Positions 61,574 to 64,000 of a DNA stretch of 64,000 nucleotides are shown here, piece after piece. The notes under the pieces are model-generated. The model ran no database searches, was not told where the DNA came from, and worked only from the letters and a program-made list of their open reading frames with translations. The first letter of the stretch is position 1. Each line of letters opens with the position of its first letter. Both the position numbers and the translations under genes were made by a program. The DNA is from Raillietiella orientalis (Eukaryota), in assembly GCA_036172245.1 (NCBI GenBank), contig JAYWIR010000093.1, positions 1 to 64,000 of the forward strand, written 5' to 3'.

Positions 61574-64000
61574 TCTCTGCAGCCGAAGTACACCGCGTAG
61601 TCAAGCGCTATTACTCTTCGTTCTACGCGGACGAGCCCACGAAACGCAGTCTCTCCGAGCTGCTTCTTCCGACGGGCAACCCTGCTATCGACGAGGAGGA
61701 ACGCGCCAGATCGGATTGGCCCTTCACGGCGAAAGAAGTATCTTCCGCCATAGCGGGCCTCAAGAGGCGTGAGGCGCCTGGGGAGGATGGCCTGCCCGCG
61801 GAGTTCTTTCAGTGCATCGCAGCGGAGCAAGTCCCCCTTGTGCTAAGCCTTTCCTCGCTGATGCGTGAGACGGGAGATGTTCCCGCTTCTTTTCGCTAAG
61901 CAAAGGTGCGGCTCCTGCCGAAAGGCGGTGATTTGCGGCACCTCAGCAACTGGCGTCCGATCACCTTGGTGAATTCGGACGTCAATTTGTTCTCCAGGCT
62001 ATGGGTCGCGCGCCTGGGGAGAATCGCGGAGTCCTTGATAAGTCCGGAGCAGACGTATGCTGTTCCGGGGCGGTCCATGTACGCAAATCTCTTCTTCGCG
62101 CGAAGATGGTTCGAGTTGCAGCAGCGCGTGGCGCCGCAGAGCCAGTCAGCCGAAATCGCCGCTGCCAAAGGTAAGCGGCGGTGTTCAAGGCACGATGGAA
62201 CGGCGGGAGCCTTAGCGGTCGCGTCGATCTCTGCAAAGCGTTCGACAGCGTAAACCAGGACCTTCTTCTGGAGCTTCTGGGACGCCTAGGCCTCCCGACG
62301 CACCTCATCGCCTACTTGCGCTCCTCCTGGCGTCACGCGTTATGCTGTATCTCTTTCAGCGGGCGCAACGTGTACGGCGTTCCCATATGGCGAAGTATCA
62401 AGCAGGGAGACAGCTTAATCCCCTTGCCCTTCAGCATCTTCTTTGAGTTGGTGCTGAGTGCGTGCAAGCTGACGCTGGCCATCCTGCCGAGCTTCTGTCC
62501 GGGAACTTCGGCCATGGCCCCCTATTCTTACGACATTCTTCTTTTGCTGCCCATGTCCACCCCGGCGTCCAGGCTCAAGGACTTCTTCGAGCTCATTCGT
62601 CGGGGAGCGGGCCTGAGCCTGAACAGGACGAAATCAACCGTTGTACCGGTTGGCTCTACGTGGGAGGGGCAGTCCGACTGGATCCGCCTGGGGATCCCCA
62701 CGGGCAGGTGCTTGAAGTACCTCGGCGTTCCCTTGGGCGCCTTCTGCCCAGCAGAAGCGTGGTCGGACTGCCTTCACAAGGCCGAGACTGCTCTAGGCCC
62801 GTTCCAAAGCGGCAGGTTTCTCCTGTCGGAACAGGCCTTCGTGTGGAACATTTTCGCTGCCCCCTTCCTCCGTCCCCTCTTCTTGGTTTGTCCCCCTCTC
62901 TATTCGGCTAAGCGCCGGGCGCAACGCCTGTTGCGTAACGCCCTGTGGGGACCGGCGAGGTCCAGGATCCGCCTGAAGGACTTGGCGGCTCCTCGGCGGG
63001 ATGCAGGATTGGGCATCCTGACGCTGAATCGGATCGGACTGCTAGTGCAGTTCCGCATCCTGGCACTTTGTGCGCAGCTCTGGACTACTCCCTGGTGTGC
63101 TGCAGCGCGGCTGCTGCTGCGGCGCTGCACGGGTGGCGACGGACTACGTTCGTTGCATCTGCGCACGGAGCGCGCCCTGAGAGGATTCGGCTTACCTTTG
63201 AAGCAGCTCGCCACGCTTCTGGGAAAGCATGAGTGGATCTCCTGCCGGCTGACGAACTTCAACGCCTGGAGGCAGGAAGCCTTATCGTCCTGGGCAGCGC
63301 AACAGGATGTGTCCCGTTTGGAACTCCGTTGCGTGAAACTTTCCCCATACTGTCCAGTGGGGGAGGTGCTTGAAGACGAGAACGAGTGGACACACCTAGC
63401 CGCTACGCCCCTCGCAGAAGCACTGTGTGCATTCATGGTGGAAGACGACAGTGATCTGTAGGCGAGGTGGGAGGTAGTGTGCAAAATCGCAGGCGAAACC
63501 CGACTGCTGGGCGGCTGGAGGACTTGGGAGCTGACAGACACTGCTACTCCTCGCCTTCGTGCCAAGGGACTTTTCTTGTGGAGCGAGAACTTCGGGGTGC
63601 CCACCGTAGAACTTGTGGTCCCTTCTGCGTGCTTGGACACGACAGTCTTCCCCCTTCGTTGGAAACAGGACGCTTTTGTGCTGGTGCATTGGGGTTTGTA
63701 CTGCAACGTGCGCGCGCACCTCGTTTCCGGGAGAGGTGCGTCCCCGAACTGCGCAACATTCGGAGCGGTGGAATCGCTTCCGCATTTCTATTTGAATGCG
63801 GTGCCCTCCAGGAGCTGTGGCAGCGGCTGTCTTCAGCGCTCCTGCACCCTGGACACACCTCACTGGATTGGATGCGCCGCTTCTACACGCGTGGCGGACT
63901 TTCTCTTGGAGCGGTCGTCGCAATCATCAGCTGCGTCCGCGCCATTGTCAGGGCCCGCCACGTATTGGAGATGTGAGCAGTCCCAACATCGGTCCACGAC
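61574..64000 (+). mobile_element. Family C copy C3 (RT to zinc finger; YSYD), fused in the same orientation to A3; runs off the right edge
   Basis: NWRPITLVN (ORF 61906-62253); KAFDSVNQ..APYSYD..KYLGVP (62181-63461); inverted paralog of C1 and C2. Confidence 0.93.

Noticed and set aside
1..64000. Prokaryotic RT systems (retron, DGR, group II intron), CRISPR arrays, tRNA or rRNA genes
   Set aside because: All RTs belong to APE-linked non-LTR families with CCHC ORF1; no repeat-spacer array or recognisable stable RNA gene was seen.

Overview
Eukaryotic, repeat-dense window. Two GC-rich blocks (about 1-7,000 and 32,600-64,000, plus 12,200-16,150) are almost entirely nested, fragmented non-LTR retrotransposons of L1/Tx1-type architecture: ORF1 with CCHC knuckles, and ORF2 with APE endonuclease, reverse transcriptase (RT) and a C-terminal CxxC..HxxxxC finger. 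They belong to several divergent families, labelled A-G here. One structurally complete but mutated element lies at 36,423-42,041; no intact ORF2 is present. The stretches in between are lower in GC and hold older LINE relics, a local 460-bp duplication, possible decayed host genes (low confidence) and an unexplained hairpin-packed segment ending in A14 (27,115-27,983). Main observations: (1) the families share a 3'-terminal AATAAA+CCCGG-loop-CCGGG hairpin instead of a poly(A) tail; (2) they share a fixed-spacing 5' motif RGACGTG-N10-GCTCC; (3) junctions recur at relatives' 5' ends and at the RT 'KAFD' codons, suggesting self-targeting; (4) ORF1 and ORF2 are coupled by TAATG; (5) dead copies show patchy homogenisation. 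All calls were made by eye without database searches, and boundaries are approximate unless stated.
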